This document shows, piece by piece, positions 61,447-64,000 of a DNA stretch of 64,000 nucleotides. Origin of the DNA: Fimbriosthenelais zetlandica (lineage: Eukaryota). The number at the start of each line of letters is the position of its first letter. The first letter of the stretch is position 1. Where the stretch lies: positions 1,922,001-1,986,000 of the forward strand of contig OZ365117.1 of assembly GCA_977030845.1 (NCBI GenBank), in the 5' to 3' direction. A program made the position numbers and the translations under genes. Below the pieces are notes generated by a model. The model ran no database searches. It was not told the DNA's origin and saw nothing but the letters and a program-made list of their open reading frames with translations.

Positions 61447-61842
61447 AAGGCAATACTCTACTGCTGCGATTTTGCTTGCGACACTACTGCGACAAAGGTG
61501 ATGCTTGTGAAGTTGTGTAAGAATAAAATTAATAAATTGTGGTTCAAGTGTCCAAGGCCTTAAGGCCGTCCTCCAATGGTAAATTTATCATTGAAACACA
61601 AACATCACCTTTGTCGCAAACTTGTCGCAAACAAAATCGCAGCAGTGGAGTCCCGGCTTTAAGGCAGTGCTCCACTGCTACGATTTTGCTTGCGACACTA
61701 GTGCGACAAAGGTGATGTTTGTGTCGCAATGAGAAATGTGTCTAGGACACTTGGACCACAATATATTAATTTGATTGCGACAGAAACGTCAAAGTTGTCG
61801 CAGTAGTGTCGCAAGCAGTATCGCAGCAGTGGAATATAGGCT
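61447..61842. mobile_element. MITE family 1, copy 5 (to 61658) with an adjacent diverged relative (about 61662-61842)
   Basis: Shared ctgctgcgattttgcttgcgacac...gcagcagtgga arms in both units. Confidence 0.75.
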
Positions 61843-62814
61843 TTAATATGACTACAAGGACAATAAAAACATGCACACCTATCACTACACTCAGGCCTGT
61901 ACCCACCCCATAGTCATCCCTTCTAATTCTTCTAAGACTTTATTGTACCAAACATTTTCAAAGTCATGAAAATGTTTTCAGTTCGCGCACAAGTTCGCTT
62001 CTCCCACCCCAAAATGAACAAAACAAACTGAACAAGAACAGGACTTAACTTATCTTAACTCTATGAGCCTACCTTCTAGCTCTATCACCCACTTTAGATG
62101 TCCATGGTTCATTCAGGATGCTGTAGACGGTACAGACTGTAGACTGTACAGACTGCAGATCTTTGTGAGATACGCATTAAAACTCTCCACGTGCAAGTTT
62201 TCGTCTCGCAATATTGGCTATATTAAGCCGTCGGTTTTGGCACGAATCGAAAAACCAAGAGGTTCGGCGCAAAATAACCACACAGAGGGTCTTTATTATA
62301 TACACAGGTTTTAGGCTGATTGTAATTGGCGACCTGGACAGGAGGTAGATAATTACCTTCAGTCTATTTGTATAAATTAATTCTATAATTATATTCTATA
62401 TGAATCATGAGAATTCTTGGTAATGCAATTGAATACTTGATCTCTAAAGATAAACGCTGCCTGATTTAACGAGGTTAATCATTGAGGTGTGAGACTGTCT
62501 TGAAAAACTTTCCCGGGTACCATATGTCATGATGACATTATAATGGCTTAGTGGATTTTTAAAGCTTAGTCTGGCAGGGGAAATGGGATTATTAATGATT
62601 ACTGGTAACATTATGGCTAGTTAATATGCTATCGCTAGTATTACTAGAGTACTCTTTCCCCTATGAGAGAGAATCCAAAGTAGTAAAAAAGCGACATCAA
62701 ATATGATATCTAGATAGAGAAATAAAATCATTTTTCTGTTGTTGTTCCAGTGTATGACAATCTCAATTAATATGCTATTGCTAATATTACTACAGTACTC
62801 TGTTATGTGATTGA

Positions 62815-64000
62815 TGTATATAAGTACTAAGTATTATTTTTTGACGAAGAAAATTACCAGAAAGCTACTGAAGGTATGAAAACCTACTCGACCATATAGA
62901 TACCTCCAGTCTAATCCAAATTAAAAAAAATAATAGTCCTCAATTTATGGGAGAAAACAGAAGGAGAGGACAAAACAGCCGTCCCCTCCTGCCTTCCCCT
63001 CCTGCCCTCCCCCCCTCCGAAGAGAAGTGGAGAACAAAAGTCTCTACATTGCCATTTGGTCTCTACATTTGGTACCTACATCACCATGACGGTTTTGAGA
63101 GATAATTCACAAAAATCATTGGAAAATTAGTTGGTGAAGTGCTTCATCAGTGTCAATTTATGGGAGAAAAGAGAAGGAGAGGACAAAATAGCCGTCCCCT
63201 CCCACCCTCCCCTCCTGCCCTCCCCCCCTCCGAAGAGAAGTGGAGAACAAAAGTCTCTACATTGCCATTTGGTCTCTACATTTGGTACCTACATCACCAT
63301 GACGGTTTTGAGAGATAATTCACAAAAATCATTGGAAAATTAGTTGGTGAAGTGCTTCATCAGTGTCAATTTATGGGAGAAAACAAAAGGAGAGGACAAA
63401 ACAGCCCTCCCCTCCTGCCTTCCCCTCCTGCCCTCCCCCCCTCCGAAGAGAAGTGGAGAACAAAAGTCTCTACATTGCCATTTGGTCTCTACATTTGGTA
63501 CCTACATCACCATGACGGTTTTGAGAGATAATTCACAAAAATCATTGGAAAATTAGTTGGTGAAGTGCTTCATCAGTGTCGGACATTAAGAGATAAATGA
63601 TGTGCTAAAGATGGCACTATTTACTCAAAACACAGGAAAGAACTGGTGACAATGTAAAGACCAACTATTTGGTCTCTACGTTTTTCAGTTTTTCACACAT
63701 AAATAGGAGGGAGATTACACAAAGGACTTGGAATCAAATGGAGCTTGATTCGTGAGAACTGCTCATTATATATGTACTAAGTATTATTTTTTGACGAAGA
63801 AAATCACCAGAAAGCTACTGAAGGTATGAAAACCTACTCGACCATATAGATACCTCCAGTCTAATCCAAATAAAAAAAAATAATAGTCCTCAATTTATGG
63901 GAGAAAACAGAAGGAGAGGACAAAACAGCCCTCCCCTCCTGCCTTCCCCTCCTGCCCTCCCCCCCCTCCGAAGAGAAGTGGAGAACAAAAGTCTCTACAT
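62815..64000. repeat. Higher-order repeat: about 960-bp unit containing 213-bp subunits, continuing off the window
   Basis: 213-bp subunits at 63131-63343 and 63344-63556; the segment from about 62815 recurs from about 63775. Confidence 0.8.

Noticed and set aside
63131-63556. Two near-identical 70-aa ORFs
   Set aside because: Copies of the 213-bp repeat subunit with non-ATG starts and no coding signal.

Overview
This is eukaryotic, AT-rich invertebrate metazoan DNA with short GT-AG introns; a lophotrochozoan source (annelid or mollusc) is my inference from gene content. I rebuilt gene models by hand from splice sites and reading-frame phase. Genes in order: an unidentified multi-exon gene running off the left edge (-); a CUB-CUB-trypsin protease (-); a C7orf57 homolog with an RFX X-box (-); two paralogous secreted His/Gly/Lys/Tyr-rich block proteins (-); a ~30-exon GPI-type mosaic lectin with PAN, F-type lectin, F5/8-like, WSC, EGFx7, TSP1x3 and Ly6/uPAR modules (-); a membrane NIT-domain guanylate cyclase (-); an HS3ST-fold sulfotransferase (+); a GPI-type ecto-ADP-ribosyltransferase-like gene (-); and two alternative terminal exons of a CD63-like tetraspanin (-). 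The window also holds two Tourist/PIF-like MITE families, a tRNA-derived SINE head, many minisatellites and a 190-N gap. The strongest leads are the His-rich triblock protein pair, three neighbouring enzymes that each lack key catalytic residues (the NIT cyclase looks like an sGC-alpha-type half-enzyme), the mosaic lectin with an apparently split C-type lectin domain, and the duplicated tetraspanin C-terminal exon. No database searches were run, so novelty is unverified.
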